This document shows, one piece after another, positions 50,164-60,270 of a stretch of DNA of 64,000 bases (position 1 is the first letter of the stretch; each line of letters begins with the position of its first letter). Origin of the DNA: Planctomycetota bacterium (GTDB taxonomy: Bacteria; Planctomycetota; PLA2; JAEUHO01); the NCBI GenBank assembly GCA_965222115.1, contig CBDCTJ010000007.1:352001-416000 (forward strand), given 5' to 3'. A program made the translations under genes and the position numbers. The notes beneath the pieces are model-generated. The model saw nothing but the letters and a program-made list of their open reading frames with translations, searched no databases and was not told where the DNA came from.

Positions 50164-50847
50164 ATGGCCTCAGCGATGCCACTCATCATCATTTTGTTCA
50201 TTCTGGCGGCCATCGTTGCCGTCGTGCTACAGGCGCATGCGCAGAACAAACGCGAAAAGCTCGTGCGCGCGTGGGCACATATCAACAAGTATGAGTTTGT
50301 CCCCGGTAGGGACCCGCGCGCCATCCATCGCTTCGACTTGGATTGCCTGGAGCAGGGACTTGGGCGCTACGCCTACAATCGCGTGCGCGGAATGATGGGT
50401 GATGCCCCCTTTGAAGCCTTTGACTACCACTACGAAACCACCAGTACCGACAGCAAGGGCAATACACAGACGCATCATCACCACTTCTCGGCGGCGATCA
50501 TTGAGGCGCCGGCGCGACTTAAGCCCCTCTTCATTCGCAAAGAGGGGTTCTTCGATCGCGTGTCGCGCGCTGTGGGATTTGACGACATCGACTTTGAATC
50601 GGCGGAGTTTAGCGACACGTTTTTCGTGAAGGCCAAGGACCGCAAATGGGCCTACGACGTCGTTTCGCAGCGAACGATGGAACTCCTGCTCAAGATGCCG
50701 CATTACCGCATCGAGATTTCTGGCCCGCACATTGCCGTGTATCGCAGCAAGCGCTTTAAGCCCGAGGAGTTCGGCACCGCCGTATACTTGGCGAAACAAA
50801 TCCTGGAGGGCATTCCCAAGGATGTTATTGCCTCACTACGAACGTAG
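50164..50847 (+). CDS. Membrane-anchored conserved protein (DUF3137-like, LemA-associated)
   Basis: N-terminal TM; FDYHYET, DIDFESAEFS..F.V. Confidence 0.7.
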   Translation: MASAMPLIIILFILAAIVAVVLQAHAQNKREKLVRAWAHINKYEFVPGRDPRAIHRFDLDCLEQGLGRYAYNRVRGMMGDAPFEAFDYHYETTSTDSKGNTQTHHHHFSAAIIEAPARLKPLFIRKEGFFDRVSRAVGFDDIDFESAEFSDTFFVKAKDRKWAYDVVSQRTMELLLKMPHYRIEISGPHIAVYRSKRFKPEEFGTAVYLAKQILEGIPKDVIASLRT

Positions 50848-50899
50848 GACATTGCCTCTACCGCTACCTTGCGTGGGCGCGCCGTTCTTACTGGCCGCG

Positions 50900-51463
50900 G
50901 TGAACCCGCTTGCCATCATCATTCCCGTCATCGTGCTGATCTTCCTCGGCATCACCATATCGCTTTACAACGGATTGGTGCGCGCACGCAATCACTGCGA
51001 CGAGTCGTGGTCGGATGTGGACACTGAGCTCAAGCGTCGTTACGACCTCATTCCCAACTTGGTTGAAGTGGTCAAGGGGTACGCAACGCACGAGGCCGAC
51101 GCGTTGGAACGCGTAATTCAAGCGAGAAACAACGCCGAGAAGAACCACGGCTCCCCCGAGTCGCAGGCACGGGACGAGAACAAGATGATCGGCGAAGTGA
51201 GCAATCTCTTTGCGCTTGCCGAAGACTATCCCGAGCTCAAATCAAGCAAGCACTTTGCGGCCCTGCAAGAGGAACTGATCACGACCGAGAATCGCATCCA
51301 GCGTGCGCGGCGTTTCTATAACGGAAACGTGCGCACGCTCGCCAACCGCATCGAGACCTTTCCGTCCAGCATCTTGGCGTCCATGTATGGGTTTCGCCCG
51401 CGCGAATACTTTGAGATTCGCGATTCCAGTCAGCGCGAAGCGCCTTCGGTGTCGCTCTCCTAA
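50900..51463 (+). CDS. lemA: LemA family protein
   Basis: YNGLV, LKRRYDLIPNLVEVVKGYA.HE, EDYPELKS, RRFYN, FPS; start approximate. Confidence 0.93.
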   Translation: MNPLAIIIPVIVLIFLGITISLYNGLVRARNHCDESWSDVDTELKRRYDLIPNLVEVVKGYATHEADALERVIQARNNAEKNHGSPESQARDENKMIGEVSNLFALAEDYPELKSSKHFAALQEELITTENRIQRARRFYNGNVRTLANRIETFPSSILASMYGFRPREYFEIRDSSQREAPSVSLS

Positions 51464-51466
51464 GTC

Positions 51467-53782
51467 ATGGGCGTGTTCGTGACCCGTCGAGTTGTAATTC
51501 TTGTATTGCTCTTGGGGCTTGGCGTGTTCTTCGCGCCACTGTCTCAGGCAGGCGGTGGCCCTGAGTCTACGCTTGTCATCGCCAATGCCGACTCGCCGCT
51601 ATCGCTCCGACTCGCCAATGAGTACATGGCACTTCGCAAGATCCCACGCAGTCACCTCTTGCGACTTGGTAAGATGCCCAATCTCAAAGTCATCTCGGTA
51701 GACAAGTTTCGCACGTTGATCGGAGAACCCCTCGCTGCGTTCTTGTTCGAAAACGACTTGCAAGCGAGCGTCGATACCATCGCCTATTCGTTGGGTTTCC
51801 CGTTTGGTGTCAAATTTGACGACGACATGAAGAAGGAGAATCCCGACAAGCGCGTACCGCGGGTGGCATCACTCAATAGCATGACCTATTTGCTGCGCCA
51901 TGTCCTGGCCAAAGACACCGATTACCCCTCACTGACAGTGAATAAGTACTTTCGAGGTGAGAACGGTCTGCCCTCGGGCGCGCCAGCACATGGCTTTCGC
52001 AGCCAAACACTGTGGGATCGCAACGGCCGCGCCACCAAGCGTGAACACGACGACGACATGGATAGCTATTACCTGTCCACATTGCTCGGGTTTGGCCACA
52101 CGCAGGGAACGTCTTACCCCGAGACGATGCACTACCTCACGCGCGCCATTGAGGCCGACGGCACCCATCCCAAGGGTCGCGTCTACTACATGGTAAACAA
52201 CAATGTGCGTTCTAAGTGTCGTCAACCGGCATTTGCAGGCGCAATCAAGCACCTAAAGGCCGTCAAACGCAAGGGTGAAGAACTTGAGAAGGGCGCTGGC
52301 GGGCAAAATGGCATCGTCCCGCAAGGCAAGAAGGACGTCATGGGACTGGTCGCCGGTTCGGCGTCGTTCAAGTGGCACGAAAGCAGCGTCCTTCTGCCAG
52401 GATCCATTGCAGAACATCTAACGAGCTTCGGTGGTCGCTTGGATGGTTCGGGCCAGACAAAGCTCACCGCATTCTTGCGCGCAGGCGCGGCCGGCTCTTC
52501 CGGCACCGTGGCCGAGCCATTGGCGCTTTGGCAAAAGTTCCCCACGCCCTATATCCACGGATTTTATGCCCGTGGTTGCTCGCTTGCCGAGAGCTTCTAT
52601 CAAAGCGTACGCGGTCCGTATCAATTATTGATTGTGGGCGAGCCATTGGCGCGGCCGTTTGCCCACTTCAAAGACGTGACCGTTGCACCGAGCCTCGATG
52701 CAGACACACCATGGACAAAAACGGTGACGTTGAAGGTGTCCGCAACCGATGCAAAGAAGACGCCCGATCGTGCCAAAGGCGTGAAAGTGTTTGAGTTGTG
52801 GATTGATGGGCGCTTGCATAGCTCTGTAGACACTAGTGACAGCGACAGTGATGACGGCGACGGATCAAGCGCGTTGATCTCACTCGATACCACCGCGATG
52901 GCCGACGGGCATCACGATGTGACCGTGGTCGCAATTGAAGACAGCGACGTAGCCACACGCTCCTCGACGTCGTTTGCCGTTTCGTTTGCCAACGGTACGA
53001 GCGCCGTTACGTGCAAAACCAACAGCGACACGGTGGAACTGGATGAGACGATCACGCTTACCGGAACCGCTGGCGACGTCGATGCCATTGAGGTACGAGA
53101 TGGTTTTCGCTTGCTGAAACGCATCAACAAGAAGGGCGGCGGCTGGCGAATCAAAGTGCCGGCGCAAGACGTTGGTTTGGGACCCGTCTCGTTTCACGCG
53201 ATGGGCCTAAAGAAGGACAAGGTCGTCGTACGCAGCGCACCCGTGCATGTGCTCGTCGAACCCACGTCACTGCGAAAGCCAAAGAGGGTCAAAATTCCCA
53301 AGAAAAGGGGCAAGAAACGAAAATCCACACTGAAGAAAAAGGGCAAAAAGACAAAGGCGCCCAAGAAGGGAAGTGGGCTTGTCGCCATGGTGGCACCGCG
53401 CGCGGGCGACACCGTTGTGCTCACGGTGGATCGATTGGGATCGACGAAGGGAAAAACCTTCGCCAAGCTCATTGCCGCGGCGTGCAAGGATCCCATTCAG
53501 GAGATCGCGATCTACGGCGAGGTCGAGTTCAAAGAGGACGGGCAGTACGAGTGGGTCATCGCCGCAAACGGCACGCTCGACATCAATCTCGATGGCAAGA
53601 CGCTTGTCGAGGACCTCGTTTGCGACGGCACCTCAGTTCGTTTTGTATGGTCACACCTAAAGGCGGGCTGGCACGGCCTTGAGTTGATCTACAAACCCAA
53701 GGGCGCGCCCACGCTCGACATCGGCATCGGCGGCGACCAAGTGTATGCACCGCTGGCAGGCAAGGCACTGCGCAACAAGTAG
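51467..53782 (+). CDS. TIGR03790-like secreted protein with Ig-like and PA14-like C-terminal domains
   Basis: GGGPE...VIAN..S.S..LANEY, PGSIAEHLTSFGG, GAAGSSGTVAEP, SLAESFY, IVGEPL; Lys-rich linker. Confidence 0.75.
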   Translation: MGVFVTRRVVILVLLLGLGVFFAPLSQAGGGPESTLVIANADSPLSLRLANEYMALRKIPRSHLLRLGKMPNLKVISVDKFRTLIGEPLAAFLFENDLQASVDTIAYSLGFPFGVKFDDDMKKENPDKRVPRVASLNSMTYLLRHVLAKDTDYPSLTVNKYFRGENGLPSGAPAHGFRSQTLWDRNGRATKREHDDDMDSYYLSTLLGFGHTQGTSYPETMHYLTRAIEADGTHPKGRVYYMVNNNVRSKCRQPAFAGAIKHLKAVKRKGEELEKGAGGQNGIVPQGKKDVMGLVAGSASFKWHESSVLLPGSIAEHLTSFGGRLDGSGQTKLTAFLRAGAAGSSGTVAEPLALWQKFPTPYIHGFYARGCSLAESFYQSVRGPYQLLIVGEPLARPFAHFKDVTVAPSLDADTPWTKTVTLKVSATDAKKTPDRAKGVKVFELWIDGRLHSSVDTSDSDSDDGDGSSALISLDTTAMADGHHDVTVVAIEDSDVATRSSTSFAVSFANGTSAVTCKTNSDTVELDETITLTGTAGDVDAIEVRDGFRLLKRINKKGGGWRIKVPAQDVGLGPVSFHAMGLKKDKVVVRSAPVHVLVEPTSLRKPKRVKIPKKRGKKRKSTLKKKGKKTKAPKKGSGLVAMVAPRAGDTVVLTVDRLGSTKGKTFAKLIAAACKDPIQEIAIYGEVEFKEDGQYEWVIAANGTLDINLDGKTLVEDLVCDGTSVRFVWSHLKAGWHGLELIYKPKGAPTLDIGIGGDQVYAPLAGKALRNK

Positions 53783-53809
53783 ATGCTGCCGCGCGGCACC
53801 TCCGCTGCG

Positions 53810-55129
53810 CTATGCGAATAGACCGAGCTTTTGCTCCGGCGGCGTGAAACCCTTGAAGATCTTGCGCGACGGGTGAAGCCCCACAAAGTCGTAGAGCGTT
53901 TCACTGAGCACGGTGCGCCAATCGGTTGTGACCAAGAGATCGCGATTCTGGTAGGTCTTGCCTGGGGCGAGGCCCGGCCAGTCGCCGTAGATCTTTCCGC
54001 CCTTCACTTTGCCGCCGATGGCAAACATGAGGCCGCCATGGCCGTGATCAGTGCCGAAGTTGCCGTTCTCGCGATTCGTACGACCAAACTCGGTCATGAT
54101 CAACATGGTCACGCGCTTGCGCATGAACTGAATGTCATCGAAGAAAAGTGAAATGGCGTCACCCAAGATCTTGAGGCGGCGGTACATGACATCGGCGGGC
54201 TTGCTGCCGCCTTCATTGATGTGAGTATCCCACCCATTCCAGTCCATACCGATGGCTTCAACACCTTGACCCGACTTCAAGATGCGCGCGGCCATCTTCA
54301 TCTGCTCACCGAGACGCCCGAGCGAGTTGGGGTAGCGAACTTCTTTGCCCTTAGGCTTGGTCGCCAAGATGCGCTCAAGCTTCTTGAGTGTGTCGATGGT
54401 GTGCCGGCCATTTTGTGCCATGGCCTCATCGTCGGGCCGCGCACCCATCATGCCACCGTCCCCACTCTTGGCGGGCTCGCCATCTTTCTTTGCGGGGCCG
54501 GGCATCTGACCGTTCTTCGCGTCGGTCTTGTAGAGCTTGTCGAAAAGCTCCAGCACGTCGTCATCACCACCGCGACGTCGTTGACGCGGTACAGCCAACA
54601 CCGGATAGTCGCCCCGCATGCTGCGCGGCAAGCGCGCCTGCAACGCTACTGCGCGGAATGCATTGCCACCGTCCACACCACCCGTGGACATGAGGTAACG
54701 ATTGAGCCAACCGTTGCGAACCGAGGAGTCGCCCAGCGCACCAAACTCCATGTAGTCCTGGCACGCAAAGTGACTACGCGAAGGATGTCCCAACCCCGCA
54801 TTCACGATGGGCGCAAGAATGCCGTCCTTCCACAGCTTATGAAATCCCGTAAGCGCGGGATTGAGCCCAAAGGTGTCATCGAGTTTGATACACCCGTGTT
54901 CCTTGTCGGGCGGCGGCACCGCGATGTTGGGACGCATGTCGTAGTAGCGACCGTCGGTGTAGGGCACAAGCGTATTGAGCGCATCGGCCCCGCCTCGCAA
55001 GAACAGGACAACCACGGCGGGTTTGACCGAGATTTCATTGTCGGGCGCCGCCCACGCAATCTTGGGCAAGACGCCCATGGCGGCAGCAGCAGCACTTGCA
55101 GACAACACATCGCGTCGAGTTAGGGCCAT
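53810..55129 (-). CDS. DUF1501 family protein (Tat signal)
   Basis: TRRDVL, FLRGGADALN, RSHF, GWLNR, GWDTH, TEFGR, GTDHG. Confidence 0.92.
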   Translation of the reverse strand: MALTRRDVLSASAAAAAMGVLPKIAWAAPDNEISVKPAVVVLFLRGGADALNTLVPYTDGRYYDMRPNIAVPPPDKEHGCIKLDDTFGLNPALTGFHKLWKDGILAPIVNAGLGHPSRSHFACQDYMEFGALGDSSVRNGWLNRYLMSTGGVDGGNAFRAVALQARLPRSMRGDYPVLAVPRQRRRGGDDDVLELFDKLYKTDAKNGQMPGPAKKDGEPAKSGDGGMMGARPDDEAMAQNGRHTIDTLKKLERILATKPKGKEVRYPNSLGRLGEQMKMAARILKSGQGVEAIGMDWNGWDTHINEGGSKPADVMYRRLKILGDAISLFFDDIQFMRKRVTMLIMTEFGRTNRENGNFGTDHGHGGLMFAIGGKVKGGKIYGDWPGLAPGKTYQNRDLLVTTDWRTVLSETLYDFVGLHPSRKIFKGFTPPEQKLGLFA

Positions 55130-55207
55130 GGCCTACTCCTCTACATTGTTCGATCGGTGGATTCGTTTCGATTTCGTTGGACGTACTACGGATTCTTGAG
55201 ATTCAAC

Positions 55208-56860
55208 CTATTGCCGTTGGAACTCGGCCGACCCAAGCAACAAGGTGGCGAGAATGGCGAGTTCGCGCTCAAGTTCGGACGGCTTCATCTTACGGTAGTC
55301 CTGCTTGACGACCGCGAGCCGGCGGCGGAACGGCTTGAGCGTGCGATTGCTGACGCTTTCATCCGCCAAGACATAGCGAATGAGCAGCGATTCCCATTTG
55401 TCGGGTTGTTGGCGCACGTGGTCGCGAATACCGCTAGCGCTTGTGTCCACGCCGGGCAAGCGGCCCATCAACAGATCAAAGGCGAACTGCCAGCGTTCCG
55501 CCAACACGCCCGTATCCATCCAATCTTCCGCCGCATCGCTATACCCCGTGGGGTCTTCGCAGCGGTAGAGCGGTTGATCCATGTCGGCCAAGCGCGAAAC
55601 CACCGCGTTTGCGTTCACCACGTCGGCGCCCGCAACACGTAGGCAACTCGTGACAAACTCAAACGGCGTCTTGGCCTTCGTGAGCACGTTCTTTGAGTTG
55701 TAAAACTCATCATGCGTAAGCATGGCTTTGGTCACAGCGCCAAGATCGCCCTTGGTCTTCTTCCAAACCGCTACCACGTCATCGACGAGTTTCTGGGACG
55801 GCTCGTCGGCCACGAGATAACGCGCCATCTTGGCCACGACATACGGCGCCGTGTTCTTGTGCCGCGCGAGATGACGGATGAGCGTCTCGCCCTCGTTGAC
55901 GCCGTCGTTCCCCACCATTTTGCCCACAACGCGCTTCTTGCCCTTGGCGTGGTAGTTCTCGCGGAACTGGAATTTGCCCCCATCGGGGCCGGGCGTACGA
56001 TTGATCGACCACCCCGTGAGAACGAGCGAAAGCTGAATCACGTCTTTCTGCGTGTAGCCATTGTCGGCGCCAAGTGTGTGTAGCTCCATCAACTCGCGGG
56101 CGTAGTTCTCGTTAAGCCCACCGGTTCGATCTTCTTTCTCTCGCCCACTAAGCACGCGCTCGCCGCGTGCCTTGGGTGCCTGACTCACATGGTTATCGAG
56201 ATAGAACAACATGGCCGGGTGCTTGGCCGTGGCCATGAGCAGCGACTCAAAGGATCCAAAGACGTTCTTCCCTAAGACTTCGCGGTCCCAATCGGTGATG
56301 TAGTAGCGTACGTCGTCTTTGGTGACGTCCACATTGAAGTGATTGCGCCAAAACTCCTTCATGACCTCGTGCAACTGGCGCTCGCTGTACACGGCGCGCA
56401 ACACCATGGCCCGTGGAATCTCGCGCGACCCCATATAGCGCAGGCGATTGAGCTCGGCCTGTCGCTTGCGCGCCTTGGCGATGCGGTTTTCGCCTGCCTT
56501 GGGCGGACCCATCGAGCCTGCATTCATGGCGCCGCCCTGAATCATTTGCAGGTACTCGCCGCCCGTCATCTTCAACGTCTTGAACTTCGCGAGACGCTTG
56601 GACACGTCGGGATCGGCAATCAACTCGGGCTTGAGTTGGCGATCGATCCATCCCTCGATACCCATCTTCTTCGCGGCCTCGACGTCACCGGGACGCACGC
56701 CAAATGTTGCGCGACGCAGGAGATGGCGAACGCGTTCCGTAATCGTGTCCGCACCGGCTGTCGTTTCCGCCGAAGCGTGTGACGTCCAAAAAGGCGCTAT
56801 GAGCAGCGTCATCAATATTAGCTTGGGGACATGGCGCACGAGTCGAGTCGAGCCAATCAT
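55208..56860 (-). CDS. DUF1800 family protein
   Basis: HLLRRATFG, QLHEVM.EFWRNHF, PAMLFYLDN, NENYARELMELHTLG, AEFQ. Confidence 0.92.
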   Translation of the reverse strand: MIGSTRLVRHVPKLILMTLLIAPFWTSHASAETTAGADTITERVRHLLRRATFGVRPGDVEAAKKMGIEGWIDRQLKPELIADPDVSKRLAKFKTLKMTGGEYLQMIQGGAMNAGSMGPPKAGENRIAKARKRQAELNRLRYMGSREIPRAMVLRAVYSERQLHEVMKEFWRNHFNVDVTKDDVRYYITDWDREVLGKNVFGSFESLLMATAKHPAMLFYLDNHVSQAPKARGERVLSGREKEDRTGGLNENYARELMELHTLGADNGYTQKDVIQLSLVLTGWSINRTPGPDGGKFQFRENYHAKGKKRVVGKMVGNDGVNEGETLIRHLARHKNTAPYVVAKMARYLVADEPSQKLVDDVVAVWKKTKGDLGAVTKAMLTHDEFYNSKNVLTKAKTPFEFVTSCLRVAGADVVNANAVVSRLADMDQPLYRCEDPTGYSDAAEDWMDTGVLAERWQFAFDLLMGRLPGVDTSASGIRDHVRQQPDKWESLLIRYVLADESVSNRTLKPFRRRLAVVKQDYRKMKPSELERELAILATLLLGSAEFQRQ

Positions 56861-57437
56861 TGTGCGATCTCCGGTGAGGGCCGCGGGCGAGGAACCCCAG
56901 TATACAAACACGCGACTTTCCGCGCTTGACGCCCGGCGCCTTCGCCTAGGTGCCTGGCATAGGGCGCACGGACCGTTGCGACGTCCAATCGGATGGCGGG
57001 ATGTCTATTTGTTACAACATATCCCCTTTCAGGTGACTCCAGCGCCATGAACAAATTCTTCGTCATGTAATGTCTATGCAAAACTGGGTAACAAAATTAC
57101 AACAACGCGAGATTTCGGTGGCAAAGCCTCTATAGAAGTGCAGAGACGCACGAAGATGTCCTCACATTTCACACACTCGTCCTATTTTGGAGACTCGGGG
57201 ATCGCCCATCCTGTTTCCAGAGGCCTATTCGTCCGTGACACTCCGGTTGCAGACGAATGGCACGGATTTCGCTCTTGTTCGTTTGAGTCGCTAGTCGACG
57301 TAAGTAGCGGGCCCGCAAGGGCCAGCCAACTGCGCGGCGGGCGAACGCGGGCACGACCGCGAGGCAGGGACACCCACCGGCCTTCTAGTCTTGTTCGCGA
57401 GCCCTTTTGGGCTTGCTCTTTTCCAAAATTTGGACCG

Positions 57438-57645
57438 GGCCGGGCGCGTCATTCGCGCCTCTCTCCCTCCTCCCTCCCTCCTTTCCCTCCCTGCCCCTTC
57501 CCCGGGGGCATGGCGCGGAACGCCCCGGCATCGGTTCCATCCTTTTTTCGGCCGGGCGTACGTAGGTCGCGCGATCTTCCTGCCTCCTCCCTCCCTCCTT
57601 CCCTCCCTCCGAGCGCCGCCCCTCGCCCGGCCGAAATCCTTTTTC
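57438..57645. repeat. Two pyrimidine-rich CCTCCTCCC tracts, each in a GGCCGGGCG...CGCCC(C)GGC module
   Basis: Tracts about 57459-57492 and 57583-57610; perfect 13-bp stem 57546-57558/57624-57636. Confidence 0.75.
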
Positions 57646-58141
57646 TTGCGTATGACTGCTCCTTGGGCCCGAACTTAGGGCTGATCGTTGGATGCTCGGT
57701 CCTGCACGCCCTCGTCGAGGCTCGCGTGGGCAGACCACGCGTCGCTCTCCTCGTGCGCACATTACTGTATTTCAATCAGACACGAGCCCCAACGATCCGA
57801 TTGCGAGGTCAAATCTCTCTCGTGCCGATCGGATGGACCTCTCGATTCGTATGCGTGGCCCCGATTGGCAGATGAATGGCGGATAAGAAAGTAGGGAAGC
57901 CTGCGCCCGCGGGCCCGAAGGCTCGGACGCCGGAACACGAGCGAGAGCGGAGTCGCGGGAGAGTGGCCGAACACCGCTGGTAGTTGAGGAGTAGTCCAGG
58001 CGACTCGAAGCGTGGGCATCGAAGAGTTGAGGGCATCCGTTCTTCGGGGGTGCATTGTTCGAGGTTTGGGGCGGGCCCGAGGATCATCGTCGCTCCCATT
58101 GCGCGCCGGTCCGGGGCGAGGGCGATGGAAGGAGGCGATTC

Positions 58142-59770
58142 ATGCACGGCACTCAGTTGCTTCGGCAGCGACTCAGCGACCCGCGTCCCGTTTTGGTGGG
58201 CGGTGCCCACAACGGCATGAGCGCGCAGCTCGTCAAAGAAGCGGGTTTTGATGCAATCTGGGCCTCGGGCTTTGAGATCTCGGCCTCGCACGGCAAGCCC
58301 GACGCCAACATTCTCACCATGTCGGACAATCTTTACGCCGCGTCCATGATGGTGGAAGCGGCGGGGATACCGGTCATCGCCGATTGTGACAACGGCTACG
58401 GCAACGCGATCAATGTCATTCATATGGTGAAGGGCTATGAGCGCGAAGGCATTGCCGCCGTTTGTATTGAAGACAATATTTTTCCAAAACGCTGTTCCTT
58501 TTACGCGGGTGTCAAACGCGAGCTCGCCGACCCGGAAGAACACGCGGGTAAGATCAAAGCCTGCGTAGACACGCGCAAGTCAGACGACTTCCTGATCATC
58601 GCACGAACCGAAGCACTCATTGCCGGCTGGGGGATGGATGAAGCGCTGCGACGTGGAAATGCGTATGCCGACGCGGGCGCCGACTTCATTCTGGTTCACA
58701 GCAAAACGGAATCACCCGACGAAGTTCTCGGATTTGCCGAGCGTTGGGATCGCGACACGCCGCTTGTGTGTGTGCCCACCATCTACAAGACGACAACCGC
58801 CTCCACCCTTAGCGATGCGGGCTATCGCATTGTGATCTACGCCAATCACGGACTGCGTTCGTCTATCAAAGCCATGCGAGAAGCGTTTTCGCGCATTGTG
58901 CGCGAGCAACATGCCAGTGTCGTGGACGATCTTGTCGTGCCCCTTACCGATGTGTACGAACTCATCGGCGTGCCTGCGATGAAGCAGGAAGAGAAAGACT
59001 TCATGCCAAGCGGGGGCGCCAAGGTTCATGCCATTGTGTTGGCAGCGGGTGCAAGCCCCGAGCTCGGTGAACTCACCGAAGACAAGCCCAAGGCCATGCT
59101 CGACATCAAAGGCAAACCGCTGCTCGCCCACCAAGTGGACGCACTCAACGGCGCCGGCATCAAAGACGTTGCGGCGGTCGTGGGCTACAAGAAGGAAGCC
59201 GTCAATCTCCCCAACCTTCGGACCTACGCGGCTGAAGAAAGCACCGGCGAGTTGTCGTCGCTGTTGCATGCCTCGGCGGAACTCAGTGGTCGTTCGATTG
59301 TGCTCTACGGCGACATCTTGTTTGGCAGCGAACTCGTAGAACGCTTGCTTCGATCCGAGGGTGACGCGGTCTTGGTCATCGATCGCGCAACCGACGTTGA
59401 CCGCACGGGACGCGATCTTGTGCGCACCGCGCGCGACGTGGAAGGCGCGGGACGTATGCTTCACGGACAGCAACTGGACGTGTTGCAAGCCATCGGTCGT
59501 GATCTTCCCGATGCCAATGGCGAGTGGATTGGCATGATGATGCTGTCGGAAGAAGGCACCAAGGCGCTTCGACAGGTAGCCGACGAACTTGCGAAGAAAC
59601 CTGGCGCCGCCGTGCACCAAGCCAAGGACGCCGCCTCGGCGAGTCTCACGGATCTCTTGCAGGTGATGGTGGATAAGGGCTTGACGGTGCACTGCATCGA
59701 CACCTACAAAGGATGGATGGAAATCGACACGTTTGATGATTACCGCCACGCGTGGAAACAGCTTCCGTAA
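58142..59770 (+). CDS. pepM: Phosphoenolpyruvate mutase fused to a C-terminal nucleotidyltransferase (PntC-like)
   Basis: GAHNGMSA, WASGF, DCDNGYG, EDNIFPKRCSF, ARTEALIAG, LVHSK, VPT.Y, IYANHGLR; C-terminus IVLAAG...KPK..L, YGDI, W.EID; AAGGAGG RBS. Confidence 0.85.
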   Translation: MHGTQLLRQRLSDPRPVLVGGAHNGMSAQLVKEAGFDAIWASGFEISASHGKPDANILTMSDNLYAASMMVEAAGIPVIADCDNGYGNAINVIHMVKGYEREGIAAVCIEDNIFPKRCSFYAGVKRELADPEEHAGKIKACVDTRKSDDFLIIARTEALIAGWGMDEALRRGNAYADAGADFILVHSKTESPDEVLGFAERWDRDTPLVCVPTIYKTTTASTLSDAGYRIVIYANHGLRSSIKAMREAFSRIVREQHASVVDDLVVPLTDVYELIGVPAMKQEEKDFMPSGGAKVHAIVLAAGASPELGELTEDKPKAMLDIKGKPLLAHQVDALNGAGIKDVAAVVGYKKEAVNLPNLRTYAAEESTGELSSLLHASAELSGRSIVLYGDILFGSELVERLLRSEGDAVLVIDRATDVDRTGRDLVRTARDVEGAGRMLHGQQLDVLQAIGRDLPDANGEWIGMMMLSEEGTKALRQVADELAKKPGAAVHQAKDAASASLTDLLQVMVDKGLTVHCIDTYKGWMEIDTFDDYRHAWKQLP

Positions 59771-60270
59771 TGCCGAAGAGCGAACCATTCTTGGGCGCAC
59801 TCAAGCGCGCGGGCTACGACTATTTCGCGGGTGTTCCCTGCTCATTGCTTAAAGGGGTCATTCGTCGCTTCGATGAGGACCCGTCGTGGAACTACACCTC
59901 GGCGGTGCGCGAAGACTCGGCGGTGGGCATGGCCGCAGGCGCCTACATGGCGGGACGCCAGCCTGCCATATTCATGCAAAATAGCGGCCTGGGTGTGTGC
60001 ATGAACGCGCTCGTGAGTCTCAACATCATCTACGAGCAACCGTTTTTGCTCGTCACCACCTGGCGCGGTGAGGGCGGGAACGACGCGCCAGAACACATCA
60101 TCATGGGCGAGATCATGCAGCCGTATTTCGATATGCTCAAGATGCCGTGGCGCGTGTTGGGCGCCGACACGATAGTCGACGACGTGTCAGCAATTACCAA
60201 CGCCATCAAGGAACAGCGCACGCCGGGCGCATTGATCGTTCCGAAAGGACTACTCAATGCCGCCTCCTAG
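59770..60270 (+). CDS. Phosphonopyruvate decarboxylase, alpha (N-terminal) subunit
   Basis: FAGVPCSLLK, REDSAVGMAAG, MQNSGLG, RGEGG.DAPEH; coupled to pepM by TAATG. Confidence 0.88.
   Translation: MPKSEPFLGALKRAGYDYFAGVPCSLLKGVIRRFDEDPSWNYTSAVREDSAVGMAAGAYMAGRQPAIFMQNSGLGVCMNALVSLNIIYEQPFLLVTTWRGEGGNDAPEHIIMGEIMQPYFDMLKMPWRVLGADTIVDDVSAITNAIKEQRTPGALIVPKGLLNAAS

Noticed and set aside
49872-50395. ORFs overlapping selC
   Set aside because: Explained by the tRNA gene and the true start at 50164
57055-57090. dif site or oriC in the AT-rich patch
   Set aside because: Only one arm loosely resembles dif; no DnaA boxes seen
57138-58055. Track ORFs in the intergenic region, and RNase P RNA (GAGGAGTAGTCC near 57986)
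   Set aside because: ORFs are low-complexity translations of the repeats; the RNase P GAGGAAAGUCC motif is imperfect and the 3' consensus is absent
58712-59800. Long antisense ORFs here and elsewhere (e.g. 25339-26337, 44070-45266, 54221-55123)
   Set aside because: Shadow frames of well-supported genes in high-GC DNA
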